From the NCBI GenBank assembly GCA_028285245.1, contig JANQPY010000036.1:11395-75394 (forward strand): a stretch of DNA of 64,000 nucleotides. Reading direction: 5' to 3'. This document shows, piece by piece, positions 37,194 to 45,875 of the stretch. Under the pieces are notes generated by a model. It was not told the origin of the DNA and made no database searches. It was given only the letters and a program-made list of their open reading frames with translations. Each line of letters begins with the position of its first letter. Position 1 is the first letter of the stretch. The stretch is from Gammaproteobacteria bacterium (GTDB lineage: Bacteria > Pseudomonadota > Gammaproteobacteria > Steroidobacterales > GCA-2729495). The position numbers and the translations under genes are program-made.

Positions 37194-38390
37194 ATGATCG
37201 ACAGCATTCGAGATTTCTTACGGTTGGAGACCGCCGCAGGCGTCGTGCTGTTTATTGCCGCTGCCCTGGCCATGGTCGCTGCCAACACCCCGGTCAGCGG
37301 CTACTACAGCGTACTCATCGATATGCCGGTAGAAATCCGCATAGGCGAGTTCGCCATCGCCAAGCCGCTGCTGCTGTGGGTGAACGATGGGCTGATGGCG
37401 ATCTTTTTCTTCCTGATTGGTCTTGAGCTGAAGCGGGAAATCTACAGCGGACAGCTATCTTCATTCGACAAGGCCATCTTGCCCGGGCTAGGTGCGATCG
37501 GCGGCATGCTTGTGCCGAGCCTCATCTTCGCGTTCGTTAACTGGGGTGATGCTGCAAACATGCGCGGGTGGGCGATTCCGGCCGCCACGGATATCGCTTT
37601 CGCGCTCGCAATTCTTAATCTGCTGGGCGACCGCGTGCCGTCGTCGCTGAAGATCTTTCTCATGACGGTGGCTATTTTTGACGACATTGGCGCCATCCTC
37701 ATCATCGCCCTGTTCTACGCCGGCAACCTCTCTGTGCCGGCCATGCTGTCAGCGCTGGCGTGTCTGGTGGCCCTGTTCGCACTCAATCGCAGGGGCGTCG
37801 TGGAAAAGGCGCCCTACATCATCATCGGCATTGTGATGTGGGTGTCGGTGCTCAAATCGGGCGTGCACGCCACGCTCGCCGGCGTCGCTCTGGCTATGTT
37901 CATACCGGTACGCGATCCGGCAAAGGAACCATCGCCGCTGCATGATCTGGAGCATGATCTGCACACAGCGGTCGCCTTCATCATTCTGCCGGTGTTTGCT
38001 TTCTGCAACGCGGGCATTCCGTTCACTGCTGAGGCACTGGAATCGGTAACCCATCCTGTAACTATTGGCATCATGGCCGGACTGGTGATCGGTAAACCCG
38101 TCGGGGTCCTTTTACTTTGCTGGCTGGGGACGCTAACCGGCCTGGCCAAGCTGCCGCCCGGCATGACCTGGTCCCAGCTCATCGGCATCGGCTTCGTTTG
38201 CGGTATCGGCTTCACCATGAGCCTGTTCATTGGTTCACTGGCTTACCCGGATGCGGACTTCGGCGTCATCCTCGACGAACGGGTTGGCGTGCTGGCCGGC
38301 TCGCTGGTAGCCGGCGCGCTGGGTTATATGGTGCTGCGCCTGGCGCTGCCGGCGCCGAAAAGGGCCGCGGCGGCGGAGTCACCTGCCTAG
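37194..38390 (+). CDS. nhaA: Na+/H+ antiporter NhaA
   Basis: NhaA blocks 'LLLWVNDGLMAIFFFLIGLELKRE' and 'WAIPAATDIAFALAIL...FLMTVAIFDDIGAI' (the DD pair). ATG 37194 has AGGAAA upstream. Confidence 0.93.
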   Translation: MIDSIRDFLRLETAAGVVLFIAAALAMVAANTPVSGYYSVLIDMPVEIRIGEFAIAKPLLLWVNDGLMAIFFFLIGLELKREIYSGQLSSFDKAILPGLGAIGGMLVPSLIFAFVNWGDAANMRGWAIPAATDIAFALAILNLLGDRVPSSLKIFLMTVAIFDDIGAILIIALFYAGNLSVPAMLSALACLVALFALNRRGVVEKAPYIIIGIVMWVSVLKSGVHATLAGVALAMFIPVRDPAKEPSPLHDLEHDLHTAVAFIILPVFAFCNAGIPFTAEALESVTHPVTIGIMAGLVIGKPVGVLLLCWLGTLTGLAKLPPGMTWSQLIGIGFVCGIGFTMSLFIGSLAYPDADFGVILDERVGVLAGSLVAGALGYMVLRLALPAPKRAAAAESPA

Positions 38391-38444
38391 ACCATGATGG
38401 CAGGCATGCGCCGGCCTGCCAGCCTGGCAATAAGCTGAAATGCG

Positions 38445-39086
38445 ATGAGCTTCGAGCCAGCCAGCACGGACTTGTTCGCGCGCAACCAAGCAGAGCGTTT
38501 GCCGCTGCATGGCGCTGAGATCAACTACTGGCCAAACCTGGAATGGCCGTTGCCGCAGGCGGCGGCGTTCGCCAGGCTGCGAGACGAGATTGCGTGGCAG
38601 CAGCAGTCGATTCAGCTCTTTGGCCAGTTCAGGCCTCAGCCGCGCCTCACTGCCTGGCATGGCGACGCGGGCACCACTTATACCTATTCCGGACTCACGC
38701 TGGAGCCTGTGCCATGGACGCCGCTCCTGACGGAAATCCGGCGCCGTGTCGAGGCGGTCTCGGGGCACGACTTCAATAGTGTGTTGCTGAACTTCTACCG
38801 CGACGGCCAGGACAGCATGGGCCTGCACAGCGACGATGAGGCTGAACTGGGTCCTAAGCCGTGCATTGCTTCGGTCAGCCTGGGCGCGCCGCGCCACCTG
38901 ATCTTCAAGCACCGGCGGAAGAAAACGCCACGGGTCAGGATCGAACTCGCGCCCGGGAGTCTGCTGCTAATGGCCGGCGATACCCAACGGAACTGGCGTC
39001 ATGGTATTCCCAAGACGCAACGCGACTGCGGGCCGCGGATCAACCTGACTTTTCGCCAGATCCTGCACTCCCAGCAACGCGGCTGA
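38445..39086 (+). CDS. alkB: AlkB-family Fe(II)/2-oxoglutarate dioxygenase
   Basis: 'LLNFYRDGQDSMGLHSDDE' (HxD), '...NWRHGIPK' and 'RINLTFRQI' match the AlkB core. Confidence 0.8.
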   Translation: MSFEPASTDLFARNQAERLPLHGAEINYWPNLEWPLPQAAAFARLRDEIAWQQQSIQLFGQFRPQPRLTAWHGDAGTTYTYSGLTLEPVPWTPLLTEIRRRVEAVSGHDFNSVLLNFYRDGQDSMGLHSDDEAELGPKPCIASVSLGAPRHLIFKHRRKKTPRVRIELAPGSLLLMAGDTQRNWRHGIPKTQRDCGPRINLTFRQILHSQQRG

Positions 39087-39314
39087 GACGGCGCCACACT
39101 GTGTTGCGGAGCGGAGCCGGGCAGCCAATCGGCTGCCGCCAGACCGGCCGCGCGACTGAACGAACCTCCTATTTTCATTTAATAAACAGTGGTTTAGTGG
39201 TTTGTCATAACGAGGGGCGGCTGCTATGCTCTGCGCAGTCGGCCGTGGTGCCGGCGCAACGTCCGGCTGCTTCTGGCAGCCTGAATCGACCATGGGCTAC
39301 CGGGGGGTAAAGCC

Positions 39315-41834
39315 ATGTCTGCGACCAACCTGAACGCGCTTGCGATCGCAAAGCGCGGAATTCTCATTTGTACTGCACTCACAGCGGGCAGCGGCGCGGC
39401 CCTGGCTGCGATGATGGATGACATCGTCTCGATCGGCACCCGATCGGACGATCGCGTTGTCGCCGAATCCACGGTGCCAGTCGATGTGCTGAACGACGAA
39501 GCCATGACGAGCACGGGCGAAACGGAGGTCGGCCGCATTCTGCAGCGACTCGCGCCGTCCTTTAATTTTTCCAGTTCGACGATCAGCGACGGCACCGACG
39601 CTTTGCGGCCGGCCACGCTGCGTGGTCTGGGGCCTGATCAGACGCTGGTTCTGGTCAACGGCAAGCGCCGGCACGGCAGCGCCCTGATTCATGTCAACAC
39701 CTCGGTGGGCCGGGGCACCGCCGGTACCGATTTGAATGCGATCCCGGCGAGCGCGATAAAGCGCATTGAGGTGCTGCGCGACGGCGCGGCTGCGCAGTAT
39801 GGGTCCGACGCTATCGCCGGCGTGATTAATCTGGTGCTGAAAGACGACGATGGCGGCGGCCGCATTTCGGGATCGTATGGTGGCTATACCGAAGGCGACG
39901 GCGAAACCTACCTCGTGAACTTCAACAAGGGCTTCACAATCGGGGACGGCTACCTGAACCTCAATGCCGAGTACCGCAACCGCGGGCGCACCAATCGCGC
40001 GGGCTTAAGCGGACAGTGTCAGTTCGTCTGCACACCTGGTCCACTGGGCCAGGTGTCAACAGATCCCCGCGAGGCAATCTTCGACCGGCAAAACTTCCGC
40101 ATAGGCGACGCGGACTCCGATCAGGTGGCGCTGACGCTGAATCTGGGCATCCCGTTTGGCGACAACATGGAGTTCTACGGTTTCGCCACCTACTCTGACC
40201 GCGAGAACACATCGGGTGGCTTCTATCGGCGCGCTAATCAGGCCAACCTGAATCCTTCGGAACTCTTTGATGGCACCGTGCTGTTCGGCGGTGATGCCTT
40301 CTATCCCAATGGCACGCTACCGAAGATCAACACCGACATTAATGACTTGTCGTTCAATGCCGGTCTGCGCGGTGAAGCCTACGGCTGGGACTGGGACCTG
40401 GGCGTCGGCTGGGCGGAGAACGATTTCGGCTTCTTTATTACGGACTCGCTCAACGCTTCGCTCGTCTCCGCGGTCGGCTCCAGTCCAACGTCGGCCGATT
40501 CGGGCAGCCTGGTCCTCGGCCTGGTCACGGTGGATCTCGACCTCGTCCGGGACACGTCCTGGGGCAACCTGGCCTTCGGCATAGGCCTGCGCGAAGACAG
40601 CTATGAGATCAACGCCGGCGAGCTGGTCTCGTACGCGGACTTCGACACCATTAACGGCGTCAACCTGGGAATCAATAACGCCAGCGGCGGCATCCAGGTA
40701 TTTCCGGGCTTCAGCCCGGACAATGCCGTGGATGAAGATCGCGACGCGATCTCGGTGTATATCGACGCAGAGTACGACCAGTGGGACGGTGTGCTGATCG
40801 GTGGCGCAGTGCGGTTCGAGGACTACAGCGACTTCGGCAGCACGTTCAACGCCAAGATTACCGGCGCGTTCGACGTCAACGATGAGTTCCGTGTGCGTGG
40901 TGCCTTAAGCTCAGGCTTCCGGGCCCCGTCGTTACAGCAGCAGTTCTTCAACAACACCAGCACGCAGTTCAACGCTGGCGTTGCGGAGCAAACAGGCACC
41001 TTTCGGAACGACTCTGAGGTGGCCAAGGCCATCGGCATTCCAAAGCTGGAAGAGGAAACCTCAATCAACTTCAGCGCCGGCGTGGTCATTCAGCCCACCG
41101 ACAGCACATCTATCACGATCGACTACTACCGCATTGATATCGAGGACCGAATCGTAATAAGCGGAGAAATTGAATCGGGATTACCGGGAGCAGCCGCTCT
41201 GGATGCTGCTTTAGCGGCAGCGGGCGCTGACACAGCGCAGTTTTTCCTGAACGGCGTTGATACCGAGACTCAGGGCGTAGATATCGTAGTCAGTCACGAT
41301 CGGCCGTTCGCTGGTGGTGATCTAAATATCACGCTGGCAGCGAACATTACTGAAACCGAAATTGACAGTGTGAGGGCCCCGGACGCTCTGTCATCGATCC
41401 CTGGCATCCAGGATGTAATATTTACGTCGCAGGATCGATCGATTATCGAAGAATGGCAGCCGGAAGACCGCGTCAACCTGACCGGCAACTTCGTCAAGAA
41501 CGACTGGACGTTTACGCTGGGCGTAAATCGATATGGCGAATACACAGTCGAGGAGAGCAACGGCGACAGACAAACCTTCGACGCCAAGTACCTGGTCGAT
41601 ACCCAGTTCTCCTACGATTTTGGTAACGGCCTGGTGCTGCGCGCCGGCGGCAACAACATCTTTGATGAAACCCCGGACGAAAACATGATCGGTCAAACCC
41701 GGACGGGTACGATTGTCGACGGTGCAGACAATGTCATCGTCTCCAGCCCGGGTGTGTTTGTGTTCAACCGCCGGTCGGCACCGTTCGGTTTTAATGGCGC
41801 TTACTGGTACGTCGGGGGCGACTTTAGCTTCTGA
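39315..41834 (+). CDS. TonB-dependent receptor
   Basis: Signal peptide. Plug blocks 'LRGLGPDQTLVLVNGKRR' and 'IKRIEVLRDGAAAQYGSDAIAGVINLVLK'. An ~600-aa barrel ends in ...GGDFSF. Confidence 0.93.
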   Translation: MSATNLNALAIAKRGILICTALTAGSGAALAAMMDDIVSIGTRSDDRVVAESTVPVDVLNDEAMTSTGETEVGRILQRLAPSFNFSSSTISDGTDALRPATLRGLGPDQTLVLVNGKRRHGSALIHVNTSVGRGTAGTDLNAIPASAIKRIEVLRDGAAAQYGSDAIAGVINLVLKDDDGGGRISGSYGGYTEGDGETYLVNFNKGFTIGDGYLNLNAEYRNRGRTNRAGLSGQCQFVCTPGPLGQVSTDPREAIFDRQNFRIGDADSDQVALTLNLGIPFGDNMEFYGFATYSDRENTSGGFYRRANQANLNPSELFDGTVLFGGDAFYPNGTLPKINTDINDLSFNAGLRGEAYGWDWDLGVGWAENDFGFFITDSLNASLVSAVGSSPTSADSGSLVLGLVTVDLDLVRDTSWGNLAFGIGLREDSYEINAGELVSYADFDTINGVNLGINNASGGIQVFPGFSPDNAVDEDRDAISVYIDAEYDQWDGVLIGGAVRFEDYSDFGSTFNAKITGAFDVNDEFRVRGALSSGFRAPSLQQQFFNNTSTQFNAGVAEQTGTFRNDSEVAKAIGIPKLEEETSINFSAGVVIQPTDSTSITIDYYRIDIEDRIVISGEIESGLPGAAALDAALAAAGADTAQFFLNGVDTETQGVDIVVSHDRPFAGGDLNITLAANITETEIDSVRAPDALSSIPGIQDVIFTSQDRSIIEEWQPEDRVNLTGNFVKNDWTFTLGVNRYGEYTVEESNGDRQTFDAKYLVDTQFSYDFGNGLVLRAGGNNIFDETPDENMIGQTRTGTIVDGADNVIVSSPGVFVFNRRSAPFGFNGAYWYVGGDFSF

Positions 41835-41848
41835 CTCTGACCGGCAAA

Positions 41849-41883
41849 GCCCCTGCTGCTCGTAAGCGGCAGGGGCTTTTTTT
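41849..41883 (+). terminator. rho-independent terminator
   Basis: GCCCCTGC / GCAGGGGC stem (41849-41856 / 41869-41876) followed by 7 T (41877-41883), 15 nt after the receptor stop. Confidence 0.85.
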
Positions 41884-41916
41884 GTGGGCACTCGACAGGC
41901 CGGCGGTGTCCGTACC

Positions 41917-42912
41917 TCAAGGACTCAACGCCTGAACCGCCACCACCACGCTGGCATCACCTTCCTTCAGGGCGGTATCCAATATCTGGCGGCCCACGGC
42001 GTTGGGATGCTCATAGAGCAGCTCAGCCGCGCGCCGCTGTACCGCGGAGTCGCGATCACGGAACAGGGTTTGCGCAAGTGCTGAGATGGAGGCTTCCGGC
42101 GCCAGGTCGTGCAGTACATCCAGCGCCCGCAGGCGCAGGCCAGCATCTTTATCCTCAAGCGCGTTGGTGACGCGCGTATAGGCTTTCACGCCGCCCACGT
42201 TCGCCAAGGCCTCAAGCGCCGCCGATCGCACAGTCAGCGATGGATCCCGGGTGAGCAATTCGCCCATGCGCTCTACAGCATCAGCTTCGGGCAGGGCGTA
42301 GAGCTGTTCGATAGCAGCGGCCCGCACAGCAGCATTCGGATCGCCAAGCTCGGCGACGCGATCAGCAGAGCGCCCCGATTGGGCAAGCAATCCGGCGCTG
42401 CCACCAGAGACACCCTCCGGTTCCCCGAACAACCAGACAGCGTTCACCGTCCCTCGTTGTTCGTCGCGGCCGGAACTCATACCGACAATGGTTGAGCGTG
42501 CGCCCGCAAGCTGGCGGATTGCGTCATCTACCGGCACAGCATCAAGCGTTAGGGTCACTGTATCCGCGACAACCCCCAGCACGACCACCTCGAAGCCAGC
42601 CTGCTCGCCGAGGCGTTCCAGCACGTCCACTAAGGGTTCATCGATCGCTTCGAGAGACACCCGATACTGATCGAGGGTGAGCTGACGCAGCGCCGCGTCG
42701 GCACTCGGGACCGTCAGGGCAAGCAGCACGAACCAACCGGCAACCGCGATCTGAATGGTTGACGGGCCGGTTGACCAGCGCGTACGCGAGCACAAGGTGC
42801 ATGACTTGGGACTCATCCAGTCACAGTAGCAGGCGTGGCGCCCGTCGTGCATCTGCTGTGGCACACTACAAGCCATCGCAGCATTCCCACGAGCCGGCGA
42901 GCATTGCAGCAT
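41917..42912 (-). CDS. HEAT-repeat protein with N-terminal membrane anchor and STN-like domain
   Basis: C-terminal PBS-lyase/HEAT-type repeats (...DPNAAVRAAAIEQL...DPSLTVRSAALEAL...DKDAGLRLRALDVL...DRDSAVQRRAAELL). The N-terminal part 'VSLEAIDEPLVDVLERLGEQAGFEVVV...LDAVPVDDAIRQLAG' resembles a secretin/TonB short N-terminal domain. The start is uncertain; ATG near 42813 is likely. Confidence 0.6.
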   Translation of the reverse strand: MLQCSPARGNAAMACSVPQQMHDGRHACYCDWMSPKSCTLCSRTRWSTGPSTIQIAVAGWFVLLALTVPSADAALRQLTLDQYRVSLEAIDEPLVDVLERLGEQAGFEVVVLGVVADTVTLTLDAVPVDDAIRQLAGARSTIVGMSSGRDEQRGTVNAVWLFGEPEGVSGGSAGLLAQSGRSADRVAELGDPNAAVRAAAIEQLYALPEADAVERMGELLTRDPSLTVRSAALEALANVGGVKAYTRVTNALEDKDAGLRLRALDVLHDLAPEASISALAQTLFRDRDSAVQRRAAELLYEHPNAVGRQILDTALKEGDASVVVAVQALSP

Positions 42913-43846
42913 GGATCAGATCAGGACAGCCGTCGTCGGCGTTGGCCACATGGGCCGCTGGCACGCCGATAAGTTCGCCGCGCTAAAAAACTCCCATCTG
43001 GTCGCCCTCGCCGATCAGGATGGCGATCGCTGCCGCCAGTTGGCCAGCGAGTTTGGCGTGGATGCGCTTAATGATTACCGCGATCTGATCGGCCAGGTGG
43101 ATGCCGTGAGCATTGCGACGCCCACCGCCTCCCATTTTGATATCGCCCATGCGCTGCTGGACAGCGGCATTCACGTGCTGATCGAAAAACCCATGACCAG
43201 CACAGTGGAACAGGCGCGCGAGCTGGTGGAACTGGCCAGCGGTAAGAACGTGGTACTCCAGGTTGGTCATCTGGAGCGCTTTAACCCAGCCATCGCCGGC
43301 CTGACGAAGCAGGTAGACAACCCACAGTTCATCGAATCGCATCGCATCTCACCGTATAAGCCTCGCAGTCTGGATGTCAGTGTCGTGCTCGATCTGATGA
43401 TTCACGACATTGATTTGATTCACAGCCTGGTGCGTTCGCCGATGGCCCAGGTGGAGGCGACCGGCAAAGAGATCATCACCGACAACTTTGACATCGCCAA
43501 CGCGCGTATTCGATTTGAGAACGGCTGCGTCGCCAATGTCACCAGCAGCCGTATCAGCTTCAAGACCGAGCATAAGCTAAGGATCTTTCAGTCGAACGCC
43601 TACTTTTCGATCGATTTATTTAATAAGAAAGCCACCAGTTACCACAAGAAAAGCGAAGGCCCCATCCGTAGCCCAATGGACATCAAGATTTCTAAATCGT
43701 CCGCGAAGAAAAGCGATGCGCTGCTGGTGCAGAGCGAAGCCTTTCTCGCGTCGGTCGCGGGTGGGCCGCCGCCGGTGGTCAACGGGCGCATTGGCATGGA
43801 AGCGCTGGAAACGGCACTCGCTATTACCGAGGCCATTCGACACTGA
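42911..43846 (+). CDS. Gfo/Idh/MocA family NAD-dependent oxidoreductase
   Basis: N-terminal Rossmann 'IRTAVVGVGHMGRWHADKF', plus 'HVLIEKPM' and 'VLQVGHLERFNP', which are typical of the family. Confidence 0.85.
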   Translation: MDQIRTAVVGVGHMGRWHADKFAALKNSHLVALADQDGDRCRQLASEFGVDALNDYRDLIGQVDAVSIATPTASHFDIAHALLDSGIHVLIEKPMTSTVEQARELVELASGKNVVLQVGHLERFNPAIAGLTKQVDNPQFIESHRISPYKPRSLDVSVVLDLMIHDIDLIHSLVRSPMAQVEATGKEIITDNFDIANARIRFENGCVANVTSSRISFKTEHKLRIFQSNAYFSIDLFNKKATSYHKKSEGPIRSPMDIKISKSSAKKSDALLVQSEAFLASVAGGPPPVVNGRIGMEALETALAITEAIRH

Positions 43847-43909
43847 TTCAAGCCGAGCGCAAGTCGAACCACCGCCCGTCGCTGGCGTCTGACTGCCTAA
43901 CCGCCCGAA

Positions 43910-44689
43910 CTATTCATCACCGCGCTCGCGCGTGAATCCGTAAACGCCAAACTTCGAGCGATTGGCAATCGCGGCTTTGAGCAGCCCCAGCTCTTCTGTC
44001 TCCGGCAAGGCGTCTAGCGACATGTCCCCCTTGCGCATTTGCCGGAAGGCTTTCTGCAGCGTCTGATAGCGTTCACCGGCAATGCCGTTGCGGCGCAGGC
44101 CGATGCTGTTGAGACGCACGTGGCGAACCGGATCGCCCCCGGCCAGCATGAAAGGCAATACATCTTTTCTCAACGGCGTCATCCCTGCCACCATGCTGTA
44201 TGCGCCCACCCGGAGAAACTGATGGCAGCCGGTGAGCCCGCCGATCACAGCGTGATGACCAATCTCAATATGCCCGGCAAGCAGCACGGTGTTAGTCAAT
44301 ATGACATGGTCGCCAATCTGACAGTCATGAGCGACATGCGAACTGGCCATTAGGAAACAGCGATTACCCACCCGCGTTGGCTGGCTCGCATCGATACTGC
44401 GATTGACCGTGACGAATTCGCGCAGCACATTGCCATCGCCGATTTCGACCCAGGTCTCACTGCCATCATGGCCGAGATACTGAGGGGCACCGCCGATTAC
44501 GGCATGGGCATCGATGCGGTTGTCCGCGCCGATGCGGGAAAACTCGCGAATCACCGCATGCGGACCAATCACTGTGCCCTCGCCGATGTGCACATTGCCC
44601 TCAATCACCGCATAGGGCCCCACCTGCACGCGCGGAGCAAGGTGCGCGTCGGCCGACACAGCGGCGGTTGCGTGAATGTTGTTGTTCAT
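43910..44689 (-). CDS. lpxA: acyl-ACP--UDP-N-acetylglucosamine O-acyltransferase
   Basis: Left-handed beta-helix hexapeptide repeats plus the LpxA blocks 'SHVAHDCQIGDHVILTN..LAGH', 'GGLTGCHQFLRVGAYSMV' and 'LNSIGLRRNG'. It aligns with E. coli LpxA. Confidence 0.88.
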   Translation of the reverse strand: MNNNIHATAAVSADAHLAPRVQVGPYAVIEGNVHIGEGTVIGPHAVIREFSRIGADNRIDAHAVIGGAPQYLGHDGSETWVEIGDGNVLREFVTVNRSIDASQPTRVGNRCFLMASSHVAHDCQIGDHVILTNTVLLAGHIEIGHHAVIGGLTGCHQFLRVGAYSMVAGMTPLRKDVLPFMLAGGDPVRHVRLNSIGLRRNGIAGERYQTLQKAFRQMRKGDMSLDALPETEELGLLKAAIANRSKFGVYGFTRERGDE

Positions 44690-44835
44690 AGTCAGTTCAG
44701 CAGGCGGGCGGCACGATGGGCACGCGAATGAATCATAGAGCTTCGGTAAGCCTCATCCCAGCAGGCGCCTATGGATACCTTCCATCAAACAGCGCGGCAA
44801 TTGCGAGCCACAATGTCTGCGGCTAGGCTGCGCCG

Positions 44836-45798
44836 ATGCGCCTGATCTGTCGAGCCGCTACCGTCCTCGCGGTGTTTGCGCTGCCGGTGCTTGCCGAGCC
44901 AAATGCAGCGGATCCGCCTGATCCGTTCCTGATCCTGAGCGGCGGCGTCGATCGGGATGAGGATGGCGGCACGCTGCTCGCCGCGGGCATCGCCTACCTG
45001 CCGGATGACGCGCTGTTCCTGTCGGCAGATCTGGGCCGCGCCGATACGCAGACCGATCTAAGCGATCTCGAATCAGACTTCGCTGCTGTGGCCCTGGACT
45101 ACTCGGCGGGCCCGGTGGGTTTTGGCCTGTCTGGCGGCTGGAACTCCAGCGAAGATACCGTTGAGCGCTATCAGTACGGCGGCTCAGTTCACCTGACCAG
45201 CGGTGGGTTTAAGCTGGAGCTATCCGGCGAACAGTGGTTGAGTGACCTCGATTCGGTGCGCTTTGATGATCTTCCAGCGCCGTTCGATCGCGTCGCGCTG
45301 GCCTGTGATATCGACAACACCGTGCTCGGCCTGGGCGGCAGCTACTCGGGTCAGACGTTCGGACTCTATGGCCGCTGGCGCGATTACCGGTATGCCGATG
45401 CAGACTGCGACCTGTCCCTGCCGAACGGGACCATCATTTCGCTCAATGGCATTGATCCGGCGGTGCTGACAGACGAAACGCGTCAACGTCTGCGACGGCT
45501 GGGGGAAATCCAGCGGCGCTCCGGGCGGCTGCAACAGCAGGTGGCGGATGCGGCGTTTCTCGACCAGTCGATTGCAGCCGGCGTGTACTGGCAGCCGGCC
45601 GATGTCACGTATCAGGTCGACTACTTCCGCTCGGAGGAGGCATTCGGCGAGCTTGAGATTGACTCGTTCACCGGCAGCGTCACCTTTCCCGCCGGAAACA
45701 CGCTGGACCTCGAGCTGCGGGCCGGTATTAGCACCGGCAATGGCATCGACGACGTGACTTTCATCGGCGCGACACTCTACTGGTATCTGCCGCTGTAA
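44836..45798 (+). CDS. hypothetical exported protein (possible beta-barrel)
   Basis: Signal peptide MRLICRAATVLAVFALPVLAEP, D/G-rich alternating pattern and an aromatic C-terminus. I recognise no family. Confidence 0.5.
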   Translation: MRLICRAATVLAVFALPVLAEPNAADPPDPFLILSGGVDRDEDGGTLLAAGIAYLPDDALFLSADLGRADTQTDLSDLESDFAAVALDYSAGPVGFGLSGGWNSSEDTVERYQYGGSVHLTSGGFKLELSGEQWLSDLDSVRFDDLPAPFDRVALACDIDNTVLGLGGSYSGQTFGLYGRWRDYRYADADCDLSLPNGTIISLNGIDPAVLTDETRQRLRRLGEIQRRSGRLQQQVADAAFLDQSIAAGVYWQPADVTYQVDYFRSEEAFGELEIDSFTGSVTFPAGNTLDLELRAGISTGNGIDDVTFIGATLYWYLPL

Positions 45799-45799
45799 G

Positions 45800-45836
45800 A
45801 AAAAACCCGGCCTGCCGATGAGATCAGCAGACCGGG
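45800..45836 (-). terminator. rho-independent terminator
   Basis: On the minus strand, a CCCGGTCTGC/GCAGGCCGGG stem (9 of 10 bp; 45806-45815 / 45827-45836) is followed by 6 U (45800-45805). It lies 40 nt after the DUF4382 gene stop, and a second 7-bp hairpin sits at 45846-45863. Confidence 0.75.
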
Positions 45837-45875
45837 ACGGGGGGATCGCGCGTCACCGCGCGAGGGGTAGGGGTC

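Noticed and set aside
39087-39314. Riboswitch (cobalamin or TPP) in the leader of the TonB-dependent receptor
   Set aside because: I looked for a B12 box (GCCACTG-type) and for the TPP CUGAGA / ACCUGAUCUGGAUAAUGCCAGCG elements and found neither. An Infernal scan would be needed for a definitive exclusion.
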